Assembly (NCBI GenBank): GCA_000004985.1
Contig: GG738892.1
Direction: 5' to 3' (one strand)
Source of the DNA: Naegleria gruberi
Taxonomy: Eukaryota
DNA length: 64,000 nt
Made by a program: the position numbers and the translations under genes. This document shows positions 31,781-42,832 of this stretch, in pieces. Every line of letters starts with the position of its first letter. The first letter of the stretch is position 1. Under the pieces are notes generated by a model. That model searched no databases. It saw nothing but the letters and a program-made list of their open reading frames with translations, and was not told the DNA's origin.

Positions 31781-34207
31781 TTAAAGTTCGGAATAGAACT
31801 TGTAGAGCAATTCTCTAACTTGGAAATAGGTTGGACTCAGAGAACCAAAAACTTGAATTTCTCCAGACTTTTTATCCTTTTGCAACATGACTTCATCATT
31901 GCAAACAAGAACACCTCCTTGTTGGAACTCAGCTGACAAGCCACTTTCTTTCAATAATTTGAAGAATTGATTCAACTTTAAATCACCAATGAGCATTGTT
32001 GGATGGCCCTTTGGTTTTGGATTTGGGTGAATGCAAGGAATATCGCTGCCTTCTTCAACTCTATAGATACCTTCAATATAAGCCATATCATAATTAGTAC
32101 CACTCTTAATATAATGAATTTGACTTAATAAATCTTGTTTCAGCTTGACTTTAAACATGTTGGTATCCATTGTCATGTCCATAACTTCTAGATCCATTGG
32201 AGTTTTGATTTGTTCTGAAATTTTCTTAGTTTCACAATAATCTGAAAGCTCAATAATTGATTCTTGAGATCCGTGAATTAAAATTAGTTTTCTAGGGTTA
32301 ATCTTTTGTAAAATATTCTTGATGTCTACAGGAGAGGATCTTCCTTCAAAATCTAAATAAGCTAATTTACAAAGAATTCTTACACTGACATTTTCAGATT
32401 CAATCTTAGATGGAGGTTCATAATAATCTTCTTCTTCATGAATAGTATTGTCAGCCATTATTTGTTCACTTTGATCTGCTTGAAGCAATCTAAGTTTGAA
32501 ATCTTCAGGGTCAACTGACTCACCATACTCATCTTTAGAAATACCTCTTTCAATACATGGAAACATCAAATATTGTGAATGATAACGCATATTCTCAGGT
32601 AGGTAAAGTCTGGCATGAGTTTGAGAATCATCATCAGCACCTCCTGTTAATTCTTCTCTGAATTGTTTCGATTTCTTCAAGTCCAAATCTTCATCGTCTT
32701 CATCTCTAACGTGAATAACTCTCTTATTTCTTTCTTCTTCTTCTCTTCTTTTCTTTTCAGCTTCTTGTTTCAATTGTTGTTCTTTTTCATATTTTTCCAA
32801 TTCTTCTCCTTTGAGAGCAACTCTACGATACAATGTTAAACTCATATTTTCGTCTAATCTTTCTGATTTTTTAGCTCTTAACTTGTTAATCAATTTTCTT
32901 GATAAAGAGTTAGGAGCAGACCTCTCAATAAACATAACCAAATTTCTTTGATCCTCACACCACTTTACAAATAGTTCTCTAGCATATCCGTAATCTAAAG
33001 TATTTGAAGAAGCCAAAACAACCATAGGTGTATGTTTTCCAGTAGTAGCTGTTTCTTCATCTTCGTCATTCATTTGATTTTCCATCATCATTCTCATTTG
33101 TTCTTTCTTTTGTAACTTGTCCATTAATTCTTCAACATTGTGACAAACACTAAAATATTGGAATTTAAATGGATTTTCACGTTTTTCATCGAATCCCTTC
33201 ATAATTTTATCACTCATCCATTCCAGTTGATGGGATGCAAATTCTATAGTTCTGTAAGCAACATTTGTCAATAAAATCAATTCAAAATTAGCCATTTGGG
33301 GATCTCTTTTCCATCTTTCTTCCAAAAGTAACATTAATTCGAAAACTCTACCAGCTGTCTCAATTGGTACAAGAACGTTTCCTCCACCGGTTAAGGTATC
33401 TGTTATTGATTTCATAATCTTGATTGCTGGTGCCTTATCTACCCCTCCAAGATCTGAGCTTGGAATAGGTTTCACATTGTATGCATCTGTGATTAAAAGA
33501 GCTGGTTTACCACCAAGTTCTCCTAATACAGACCCATTCAAATGTCTTTCTGTTTTGATGTTAAAATCTATGGCATATACAATTTCATCTGTCTCCTTTG
33601 TTAATTTCCAAATAGTACCACCTAGTGTGTGACCGGCTAAGAATGGACAAATGACTAGTTTCTCACCTTCCATTTCTGCAACAGATCCTGATGATCCAAC
33701 AACACCACCTTCACCTTCTTCTCCATTCTCATCGGTTTCTTCAATTTGTGTTATTATTGTTGTTTGTTGTGACAATGGATATCTTTGACTATATTTTAAT
33801 TGATGAATAGAATCAAAACAAAGATCTACATCATCCAAGTCAAATGTTTCAAAATCTTGATGTTGTCTTATATTTTGGTAAGCATCATAAAGATGCATTT
33901 GGCCCATTTTAACAATAGGTAATGTTGCAAATATTTTAGCCTTCTTCTTATTTTCCAAAATACCACATTTACCAACAAGATATGGTAAAGCACCACAGTG
34001 GTAAATATCACTTTGGGAAATTAAAATAGCATCAATTTTATCCCGATAATTGTTGATAATTTCTTGAATATGTGAATCCTTTGTATTAAAATTTTCATCC
34101 CATCCACAATCCAACAAAATATAATAATCATCAACAATTAATATCGAACAAACAGGTCCTTCATTTTGTGATCCAACAAGAGGAACAAATTGAATCGAAC
34201 TGCTCAT
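31781..34207 (-). CDS. CPSF2: Cleavage and polyadenylation specificity factor 100-kDa subunit (CPSF2/CPSF100; metallo-beta-lactamase / beta-CASP / RMMBL)
   Basis: Intronless 808-aa ORF. MSSSIQFVPLVGSQNEGPVCSILIVDDYYILLDCGWDE matches the CPSF2 N-terminus (…LLDCGWDE block, as recalled). An acidic insert and C-terminal CPSF100_C-like region are present. Confidence 0.8.
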   Translation of the reverse strand: MSSSIQFVPLVGSQNEGPVCSILIVDDYYILLDCGWDENFNTKDSHIQEIINNYRDKIDAILISQSDIYHCGALPYLVGKCGILENKKKAKIFATLPIVKMGQMHLYDAYQNIRQHQDFETFDLDDVDLCFDSIHQLKYSQRYPLSQQTTIITQIEETDENGEEGEGGVVGSSGSVAEMEGEKLVICPFLAGHTLGGTIWKLTKETDEIVYAIDFNIKTERHLNGSVLGELGGKPALLITDAYNVKPIPSSDLGGVDKAPAIKIMKSITDTLTGGGNVLVPIETAGRVFELMLLLEERWKRDPQMANFELILLTNVAYRTIEFASHQLEWMSDKIMKGFDEKRENPFKFQYFSVCHNVEELMDKLQKKEQMRMMMENQMNDEDEETATTGKHTPMVVLASSNTLDYGYARELFVKWCEDQRNLVMFIERSAPNSLSRKLINKLRAKKSERLDENMSLTLYRRVALKGEELEKYEKEQQLKQEAEKKRREEEERNKRVIHVRDEDDEDLDLKKSKQFREELTGGADDDSQTHARLYLPENMRYHSQYLMFPCIERGISKDEYGESVDPEDFKLRLLQADQSEQIMADNTIHEEEDYYEPPSKIESENVSVRILCKLAYLDFEGRSSPVDIKNILQKINPRKLILIHGSQESIIELSDYCETKKISEQIKTPMDLEVMDMTMDTNMFKVKLKQDLLSQIHYIKSGTNYDMAYIEGIYRVEEGSDIPCIHPNPKPKGHPTMLIGDLKLNQFFKLLKESGLSAEFQQGGVLVCNDEVMLQKDKKSGEIQVFGSLSPTYFQVRELLYKFYSEL

Positions 34208-34396
34208 TTTTTTTAAATTTGTATTTTAATATTTTATTAATCATGGAAATCAGAGCACTTTAAAACAATTTCAAGGAGGAACCTGTTGTCTACAGTTCTG
34301 TCTTGTTTCTTCTAGAGCAACAACAAGATAAAACCAGACTTCCTAACCCCATCTTCAAAAAACAAATTAATTTTTAATTTTTAATATTTTTAAAAA
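34208..34396. promoter_or_regulatory. 189-bp bidirectional promoter region shared by CPSF2 (minus) and CstF-77 (plus)
   Basis: Start codons at 34207 (minus) and 34397 (plus) face away from each other. The spacer is AT-rich and otherwise featureless. Inferred from gene arrangement only. Confidence 0.4.
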
Positions 34397-36749
34397 ATGT
34401 CCAGAGACAGGTATGCTGATCAAGATGATGACTATGAACAATCATCGGGTGGCAAAAACGACAAGATACAAAGTGCTGAAGCAAGAATCGAACTTAATAA
34501 GTATGACACAGAAGCTTGGACCGTAAGTAACAACAATCTAAAACAAATTTTCTAACATGTCATCATTAGATTTTGTTGTCAGAAGTACAAGAAATGAGCA
34601 TCATCCAAGCAAGACCATACTATGAACGATTTTTTGAAATATATCCAGTAGCTGTAAGTAATGATATTAGTGATTAATATTAACCTTCCATCAGGCAAGA
34701 TATTGGAAAATATATGCTGAACATGAATTAAAAGCAAAGAACCATACTCTAGCTGAGGAAATATTTAAAAAGGCATTGGATGCTTGCCCTAACTTTGAAT
34801 TGTGGAGATTTTATTTGGATTATATTAGGGAACATAAAAGAAATGATGTGGATACAATTCGTAAAGCCTTCGATATTTGCAAAGAAAAGGTTGGGCTTGA
34901 TATTTCAAGCTCAACTCTATGGATTGACAACATTAAATTCATAAAAGATCTTAAAGCAACTGATCAAAATGATATTCAAAACCAAATCAATCTTTTGAGA
35001 AGTCTCTATCAAGAAGCTATTCAAATTCCTATGCATGATATCGAAAAGATTTGGAAAGATTATGAAATTTTTGAAAATGAAGTCAACCCAACCAATGGGA
35101 AATCAACTCTTCAAGAATTTGCTCCAAAGTTCAAATTGGCTCTCAATAAGTATAAGGAAAAGAAAAATATCAGAGAAAATATGGGTGGAGTAGGAGGTTT
35201 ATTATTAAATATGTTGGCGACACCACCAACAAACTCTGAGAAGGAAAGATCACAAAAACAAATCTGGAAGGATTTAATAGAACTTGAAAAGAGAAATTCA
35301 CAAAGACTAACAGCTGATGAACTCAAAAGAAGAGTTCTTTTTGTTTATAGTCAATGCTTCCTCTGTTTTAGACATCATCCTGATATTTGGTATGATGCTG
35401 CTAATTATTTGATTTCTATTCAGTGTCACGATGAAGCAACAATAGTTTTTCAACGTGGATGTAACGCATTATTACCTGTTCCAAAATCATTGGATGCCAA
35501 TCAATCACAAGAGGGAAGTATTTTACTCCATCTTGCATTTTCAGAATATTTGGAATCAAGAAAGCTCTTTGACGAAGCAGCTAAAGTTTTCAAAACTCTT
35601 ATCACATCAAAACATGACCCTCTAGTTTTTATTCAATATATCAGATTTATGAGACGTACCAAAGGAACAGAAGGAGCTAGAGAAGCATTTATTGAAGTTA
35701 AAAAATCTCCAAAATGTACATACCATGTGTGGGTTGCATCAGCTCTTCTTGAATATACTACTAACAATCAACCAGAGACTGCAAGAAAATTTTTCAAACT
35801 AGGTCAGAATCAACCATTCGGAAAAGAACCAGGTTTTATTCTTGAATACTTAAAATTCCTAGACCATCTAAATGATAAGAATAACTCTAGAGTTCTTTTT
35901 GAAACAATTCTTAATGAATTACCAAAAGAACAATCCTCTGAAATATGGAATAGATTTTTACAATTTGAATACTCAATAGGCGATTTGAATTCGATAGAAA
36001 AGGTTGAACAAAGAAAACTTGCAGCCTTTTCAGAGAATGCTGAAAATAATACACCTTCTAATAGTGGTTTCGAAAATACAGTCAACGCTACCAACAGCCT
36101 TATAAATCTCATCAATAGAAGCAAGTTTTTAGATTTATGGCCTTGTACACCTAGTGAAATGGAGTTACTCAATTTGAAAGCACAAGAAAGCGAGAAAGTG
36201 CCAACAGAAGACGATATCCATATCAAATATTCTAAATCATTTTATCGTGTTGATTACACAAAGCAAATCATGTTTACAAACACTAGACAACAAAATCAAG
36301 GCTCAGTAGATAAACTCAATAGTAATCGTACAGCACCTCCAACAGTTTCTCTCCCTCCAGAATTCAACAAATTTAGACAATACCTTAACCAAAAGAGACT
36401 TTTCCTTCCGGATTTTAAGCAAATGTGTGAATTCAAAGTTATTCCAAACCATGTCTCACAATCTAATTCATCCCTTCCCCTAGTAACAGTACATGATGAG
36501 CAAGTAATTCCTCATACAGTACTTCAGATTTTAAGGAGAATGCCTCAACAACATTTTGCTGTTATTCCTCCAGATTATGTTATTAATGCATTGATGACAA
36601 CTCCACTTCCACCCCCACCTGAATCAGATCTTAAAAGAGGTAGAAATGAATATGAAAATGTTGATTATGACCAAGAGTATGATGATGAAGGTCCAGCAGA
36701 TAGAGCCTATGATGATATTTACACAAAGAGAAGAAAGCAAAGGAAATAA
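34397..36749 (+). CDS. CSTF3: Cleavage stimulation factor 77-kDa subunit (CstF-77 / CSTF3 / Suf / RNA14 family; HAT-repeat protein)
   Basis: Three exons: join(34397..34522, 34570..34653, 34695..36749). Introns are 47 and 41 nt (GTAAGT...TTAG / ...TCAG). Exon-1/2 peptide ...KYDTEAWT|ILLSEVQ... parallels metazoan ...KYDLDAWSILIREAQ. Later blocks HHPDIWYDAANYL, VFIQYIRFMRRTKG, DKNNSRVLFETIL, EIWNRFLQFEYSIGDL and FLDLWPCTPSEME match conserved CstF-77 segments as I remember them. Confidence 0.8.
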
Positions 36750-36957
36750 ATTCTTCTTTTTAATTAAGAATCTTTATATGAAGCACCTGATTTGAACAAA
36801 CGACCCCGTAACAGCTTCAAACGTAATCTTCCATTTCCAATTCGATCACTTCCTCAACACCTTGCTCGCATTTCAATAAGGAAGCCAAAGATAGAAACAC
36901 TTCATTGGGCCGACCAGAGAAATCTTTTACCAACAATCCACCCCACAGAATAAAAAA

Positions 36958-38973
36958 ATGAAGAACACACAACTGATATTTGGTCTCTCTGCACTCCTAT
37001 GTTTTATTCTCCTCAATCAATTGTTTGTTTTCATTAAGGCTGATGTGTATATGCACAATCCTAGAGGCTCAAATGATAGGTAGGTAACATTGTTGTGAAA
37101 ACAATGTTTTATTAAAATCTTAATAATAATAGAAATTGCGAGTTCCATGCTAACAGAAATAATGCAAATAGATTGTTCGACAGTCAAAATAATGCTGCAG
37201 GTGGTGTAAGTATTGAAAATTGGAAGATAACCATAGATTTATGGATTTTATTGTTGTTGGACTATATTGTTGTAATTTTAAAACAAACAGTATGCTTGCC
37301 CAAGAATGATCGGAGGTCCAGAAGTAGTTACACCAAGAATGTAAGTTTTTATTATTGTTGAATTGTAAATATTAACTTTATTAAGGTACTATTATGTAGG
37401 AAGTGAATTACCTATTGAATGGACCTCACAACACTCATGTGGTTTCAGAAATACTTATTGTAACGTTGTTATTCAATACATGTGTAATGATACAGCTCCA
37501 AATCTCAGAGATGGTACTCCTGAGAATGAAAAGGATGCTGCCACTGACACTATTTCAGAAGCCACCAATAACAATCCAAGATATGGATTGCACGAACCAA
37601 TGGAATATTACATGAAATGTAGAACAAGAAGAAGAAACTCTGGTCTCTATATTGCTGATCAAAGACAAGAAAATTGGGGAAGACTTTTGGAAAATAGCCC
37701 TGCTGTAGAAACAAGACAAAATCCAAACGGAAATAGACACGGTTGGGAATGTCCTGAAGAAAGAGATTATTATCCTTATTGGCATCCAACTCCTTGGAAA
37801 GATATTGCCATCTTTACTTTCAATACATCCATGTGTCAATGGTATCAAGAAAATTCTGAAAATGTTCGTGGAAGAGGAGAATGCTTACAAGAAAGTGGAG
37901 CACCATCTCCTTTCAATAATGAAAAGAGTTGCATTTCTGGAGGTCATAATTGGCATGTGAGACCAGCTCATGGTGTTGATCCACCAGAATGTATAAGTGC
38001 TGATATTATCAATGTTAGAGATAACCATTTGGGTAATACTTACAATGGTCAATTGGTAAATTACAAGTGGTATATTCCAAATGATGTTCATGAAAATTGT
38101 GTTGTGAGAATTAGATATAATATTACAACTGGTGATTATCATCCATTCGAAACTGATTCCACTTTCAATTATCCAAAGTCACCTCTTAAACAAGATCCAT
38201 TTGAAAACTTTGAATATCCTTCATGGTTATCATTGGCTGTTAACACAAATCAATATGGTAGAACATTCCAAGATAGAAGTTATGTTTTCTCAATTAAGGA
38301 AAGACCATCAACTATTCCTGCTTGGGCAAAGATTTACAATTTGAATGTGAGAGGAAAGAGAGGTAACATTGTTCAAACATTCCCTTCCACTGAATATGAC
38401 TTTGTTCCAAATTTCTTGGAAGCCAGAGGAGGTGATTTTATTCATATTCAATGGACTGGTTCTGATTACAATCCACAAAGAAATCCAAATGATGCTGAAG
38501 GTGCTCCAAATACTGGTGACAGAAGCAATTTGGTACAATCAGATAATTCTGGTTTCAATTATCCAAGAAATTATACCAGAGTTACAATGTTCTTAAAAGA
38601 TGATGGTACTCCAGATCTTGATTTTATCACTAGATTGGCTTTCATTGATCAACCAATTCAAAACACTTCTGAATGTATGGATTGGAAGTCATTGTTGGAA
38701 AAGAATGGTGGTAATAAGAATAAGGCTGAACAAGATTGCAACAATTGTGCCAAGCTCAACAATGCTCCAAATGGTCCATATTTTGATGGTGGACTTCATG
38801 AATTGAAGGCAAACGGTATGTTTGCTTACATGTCAACCAGAAACAACAATTTCTCAAACAGAAGTCACAAGGGTTATTTGATTGTTACAGGTGCCAGATT
38901 TAATAATTCTGACAAGTTAAAGATGTCCATGACTTTCATTGGTTTGATTTTCATGATTATCTTGATGCTTTAA
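36958..38973 (+). CDS. Secreted Cys/Trp-rich glycoprotein with C-terminal hydrophobic (GPI-signal-like) tail; possibly DD3-3-family-like
   Basis: Signal peptide exon MKNTQLIFGLSALLCFILLNQLFVFIKADVYMHNPRGSNDR (36958..approx. 37080). Three short introns follow (approx. 37081-37140, approx. 37223-37290, approx. 37352-37399). The large final exon is 37400..38973 (ORF-track 37480..38973). It ends in a hydrophobic C-terminus MSMTFIGLIFMIILML preceded by small residues. The family assignment is a weak recollection only. Confidence 0.5.
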
Positions 38974-39019
38974 ATATTTAACATTAATAAATTAAATATA
39001 CAAATTTTAAAAGTTTAAT

Positions 39020-39857
39020 TTAAACAAGTCTGGAATCAATATCACCATAGAGCATCTTACGAAGTTCTGGCAGCTTTTGTTCTTGACACAAATAAACACG
39101 CTTTTCTAAAGTGTTATCAATCTTAATCAAGTCATTCTTTGAGTGAACAAGAACACCACCAGCAGCGTTGGCAGCCAAGTAGTTCTTCTTTTGGACAGTG
39201 ATTTTAACATCCATGTTAGTCTTATTCTTATAAGCAGTTTGAACACTAGCCATTTGAGAGGCAACCAATTCGTAATCTTGTTCTCTGCAGTATACGTTAA
39301 GTTCGGAATCAAGGAAACGGAGAGCAGCTTGCAAGACCAAATCGTGCAAAAGCTTCTTGTACACATCCTTGTTGAGAATAGCCTTCTTAATTTGTTCCAA
39401 AGCTTCAGCAACCATATCCTTCAAAATTTCTTCCTTCAATTTCAAAATTTCCAAACGAGCAGATTTAATTTCGTTTGAGTGATCGATTTTCTTTTTTATA
39501 ATAACTTGTTGTTCCTTCTTGTTATAATCTTCTCTGATTTTCTTTTTACCATCTTCAACGAGGTTTTGTTTTTCAATGGCAAAGTCTTCTCTGGTTTGGA
39601 GTTCAATTTCATCGGCCTTTTCCTTGGCTTCACTCTTGATGAAATTAATCATTTGAGCGATTTTGGTGTCATTGCCTGTTGTTAAATATTGTTGTTAGTG
39701 GTGAAAAAGAGGATTAGAAGAATGTAACGAAGAGAGTAATGTTATTGTTATTTCATGAATAGTTGTGTAATAACAAGTTTAAAATAATACTAGTATTGGC
39801 ATCATGGATGTTGAAAAACTATTCTAACATACCTTGGGTTGGTAAAGCTCTGCTCAT
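39020..39857 (-). CDS. vatE: V-type proton ATPase subunit E
   Basis: Two exons: complement(39833..39857) encodes MSRALPTQ-, then a 157-nt intron (GTATGT...AACAG), then complement(39020..39675). The joined N-terminus ...GNDTKIAQMINFIKSEAKEKADEIELQTREDFAIEKQNLV matches the V-ATPase E consensus (…[32 protein letters not shown]…). Confidence 0.8.
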
Positions 39858-40021
39858 TTTTATGTGGATATTTTTTTTGTGAGTGTTTTAAAAATTATTT
39901 TAATTTTAAAAAATATCGAAATTTTCCTCCGTCCAAAACAATTCAACATGACAAACGGAGGCAGCAAGGCCGGAGTACAAAGATTCCGTAAGATTTAAAA
40001 AATTTAATATTATTATTTTAT

Positions 40022-41233
40022 TTAATAATTGACAGCATTCTTGATCATTTCGAAACATTTGATAACACCTGGAACGTAGTACTTTTCGTGAACAAGTGGG
40101 AATGGAGTATCCAAACCACAGACACGAATAACAGGTGATTCCAAATGTAAGAAACATTTTTCTTGAACAGTGGCAGCAACTTCAGCACCAAAACCACCAG
40201 TAATTGGAGCTTCGTGACTGACAACACATCTACCAGTCTTTTGAACTGATTTGACAACTGTTTCAACATCCCATGGAACAATAGTTCTCAAATCTATTAA
40301 TTCACAATCAATACCAATTTCCTTAGCCATAGCAACAGCCTTTTCAAGGACATATAATTGACTTCCCCAACCTATAACTGTGACATCTTTACCTTCCTTT
40401 AAAACTTCAGCCTTTCCGAGTGGAATCTTATATGCTTCATTTGGAACAAGACTAACACTTGAACGATATAAAATCTTTGGTTCAAAGAAAATCACTGGAT
40501 TTCTATCTTCAATACTTGATAATAATAAACCCTTAGCTTGGACTGGATTTCTTGGAATAACAACCTTAAGACCTGGTGTATGAGCAAAATAGGCTTCTGG
40601 TGATTGAGAGTGGTAATGTCCACCATGTCCAACAGCACTACTTGGTGTACGAATTGTTAAACCTCCAACATCAAACAAATTTCCACTTCTGAAACGGTAT
40701 TTAGCAGCTTCATTGACAATTTGGTCAAATGCAGGGAAAATGTAATCAGCAAATTGAATTTCAGCAATTGCAGTATGTCCCATAGCAGCAACACCAACAC
40801 CAAATCCGATAACACCTTGTTCACACAATGGTGTGTTGAAAACACGATCCTTGCCGAATTGATCACGTAAATCGACTGTACATCTAAAAACTCCTCCAAA
40901 AGCAACATCTTCACCAAAAACCAATGCAGTAGAATCCTTTTCCATAGCTTGCTTCATAGCAATATTAATACTATTGCACAAGTTCAATTCAGTAGAATTA
41001 CTTTCGGTAATGTTGACTTCTTCTGGATTATGGTGATAGACAAGTTCGTGTTTATAATTCTTGTATTTGTTGACATCAATTTTATGATCATCTAATTTGT
41101 AAACATCTTCCTCCAATGCTGGTTTACTTTTTTGAACAAGTGATGATGAGAAGAATTTTTGTTGAGAGGAGAAGATTTTTGGTTTTAAAACACTATTAAC
41201 AGTGCGGGAAAGAGAGGAGCGTGAAAGTTTCAT
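40022..41233 (-). CDS. BCKDHB: Branched-chain 2-oxoacid dehydrogenase E1 component beta subunit, mitochondrial
   Basis: 403-aa ORF with an N-terminal presequence-like region ([21 protein letters not shown]...). The core is near-identical in blocks to BCKDHB as I recall it: [84 protein letters not shown]. Confidence 0.85.
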   Translation of the reverse strand: MKLSRSSLSRTVNSVLKPKIFSSQQKFFSSSLVQKSKPALEEDVYKLDDHKIDVNKYKNYKHELVYHHNPEEVNITESNSTELNLCNSINIAMKQAMEKDSTALVFGEDVAFGGVFRCTVDLRDQFGKDRVFNTPLCEQGVIGFGVGVAAMGHTAIAEIQFADYIFPAFDQIVNEAAKYRFRSGNLFDVGGLTIRTPSSAVGHGGHYHSQSPEAYFAHTPGLKVVIPRNPVQAKGLLLSSIEDRNPVIFFEPKILYRSSVSLVPNEAYKIPLGKAEVLKEGKDVTVIGWGSQLYVLEKAVAMAKEIGIDCELIDLRTIVPWDVETVVKSVQKTGRCVVSHEAPITGGFGAEVAATVQEKCFLHLESPVIRVCGLDTPFPLVHEKYYVPGVIKCFEMIKNAVNY

Positions 41234-41475
41234 TTTTTTTTAATTTTCATTTAAATTTTCAAAAAGGCTTTGTTTTGTTGGCTCATCATGGTGTTGATAA
41301 TTTTTGTAAAACAAAGCTCAGCATTTATCTAGTAACACAAGAAGGTAATGACTTTAAAATTCTATATTTTTCAAGGTTGAAGATATTAACAAGTTGTTAG
41401 ACTGAATGAAAATGATGCTTCTAACATGGAACCCTATTAATAACACAAAACATCAAAAAATTAAATACAAAAAAA

Positions 41476-42462
41476 ATGATTTATCTCCTGGAGCAAATTT
41501 CGTACTTTCCCCTCTCATTTACGATCGTTTTGATTAATACAATTGTTTTCTTCATATTAAGTTTTGGAAGAATACCTTCGGAATTTGTCAGTTATAATTA
41601 TGATAAAATTATTGGCGAAAAACAAGTATGGAGAATTGTTACATCAACATTCTCTCATTTTAGTATAATTCATATTTTGTTTAATTTGGGATCTTTGTGG
41701 GGAATGAGACAGGTTGAATTAATTGGACAAGAGACATTGGGTTCTCATTCATTCCATTCAGTAATGGAATATTTCAAAATTACATTCTTACTCTTAGTTT
41801 TTTCAACTCTTTTTATTACAGTAACTTACTTCTGTTTGGTTAAATTTATGAAATGGGAAAATTATAGACAGGTAAATATTGTAGGATACAGTGGAGGTAT
41901 GTCAATTGGAGTTTTTAAACAAATTTTTAAATGATTTTTAGTATTATTTGGAATGATGACAATGTCAATTCTTCAAAATGGAATTTCATCTAAGGGGTCT
42001 TCAATGTTTGGATTAAATTTACCAAATATTTTAATGCCTTTCATGTCATTGATTTTAACTCAAATGTTGATTCCACAAGCAAGTTTTGTAGGGCATTTAG
42101 GAGGAATTGTTGGTGCTTTCATAACATATTATGGTATTTTAATTTGGATGCTTGATGTAGTTTTTATTGTAATCTTTTCCTTGACTGCTTTGGTGTTGTT
42201 GGCGAGTGCAGGTTGGACAATATTTAAAAATCGTAATTCGATAACTGTTCCTTCATTTATTAAGAGAGCTTGGCAAAAGATTTCTTCAGTATTTAGAAGA
42301 GGATCTAATACAATTAGAAATGGGTAAGTTTATTGATATATGAATTATAGCATTTATCAAATATATTGAACTAGTGTCATTAATCAACATCCACAAGAGC
42401 AAGAACAAGTTTTCAGTGATGAAGATGAAGAAGAGCTACCAGACAGAAGAAATAATGTATAG
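41476..42462 (+). CDS. Rhomboid-family intramembrane serine protease (catalytic Ser and His present)
   Basis: Exons join(41476..41896, 41942..42323, 42375..42462). Introns are 45 nt (GTATGT...TTTAG) and 51 nt (GTAAGT...CTAG). Splicing creates the GxSG catalytic motif ...NIVGYSG|VLFGMM. A downstream TM carries the rhomboid His in HLGGIVGAF. The third exon adds an acidic tail (...EQVFSDEDEEELPDRRNNV). The ORF-track TAA stop at 42325-42327 overlaps the second intron's GTAAGT donor, so the third exon is inferred. Confidence 0.55.
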
Positions 42463-42832
42463 ATATCATGTCTGATTAATCTAAATCAGTTGTAAATATA
42501 TTCACATTAAACGATCTTTCAATATTTTATTCCTCAATCTTTCAATCTTGCTTGTTTGCCTTAGTCCCCATCAAAATAATAATGGATTACACAACCCCAT
42601 ATACCCTCACATTCATTCATAAACAAACAGCAGAGCAACATGCAAACTAAATTTGATCAACACTGTACGTGACCTTTTTCAAAACAAAAAAAACAAGTCC
42701 GCAACCTATAAGAGTCTATCTCCTGTGACCTGATTGTCACCAAATAATAATCATCAAATTGGTAGATGAAGTACTGCAAGTAGTACCACTTTCGAAAATT
42801 GTATCACCACAAATTCTTGTTCTTCAGTACAG

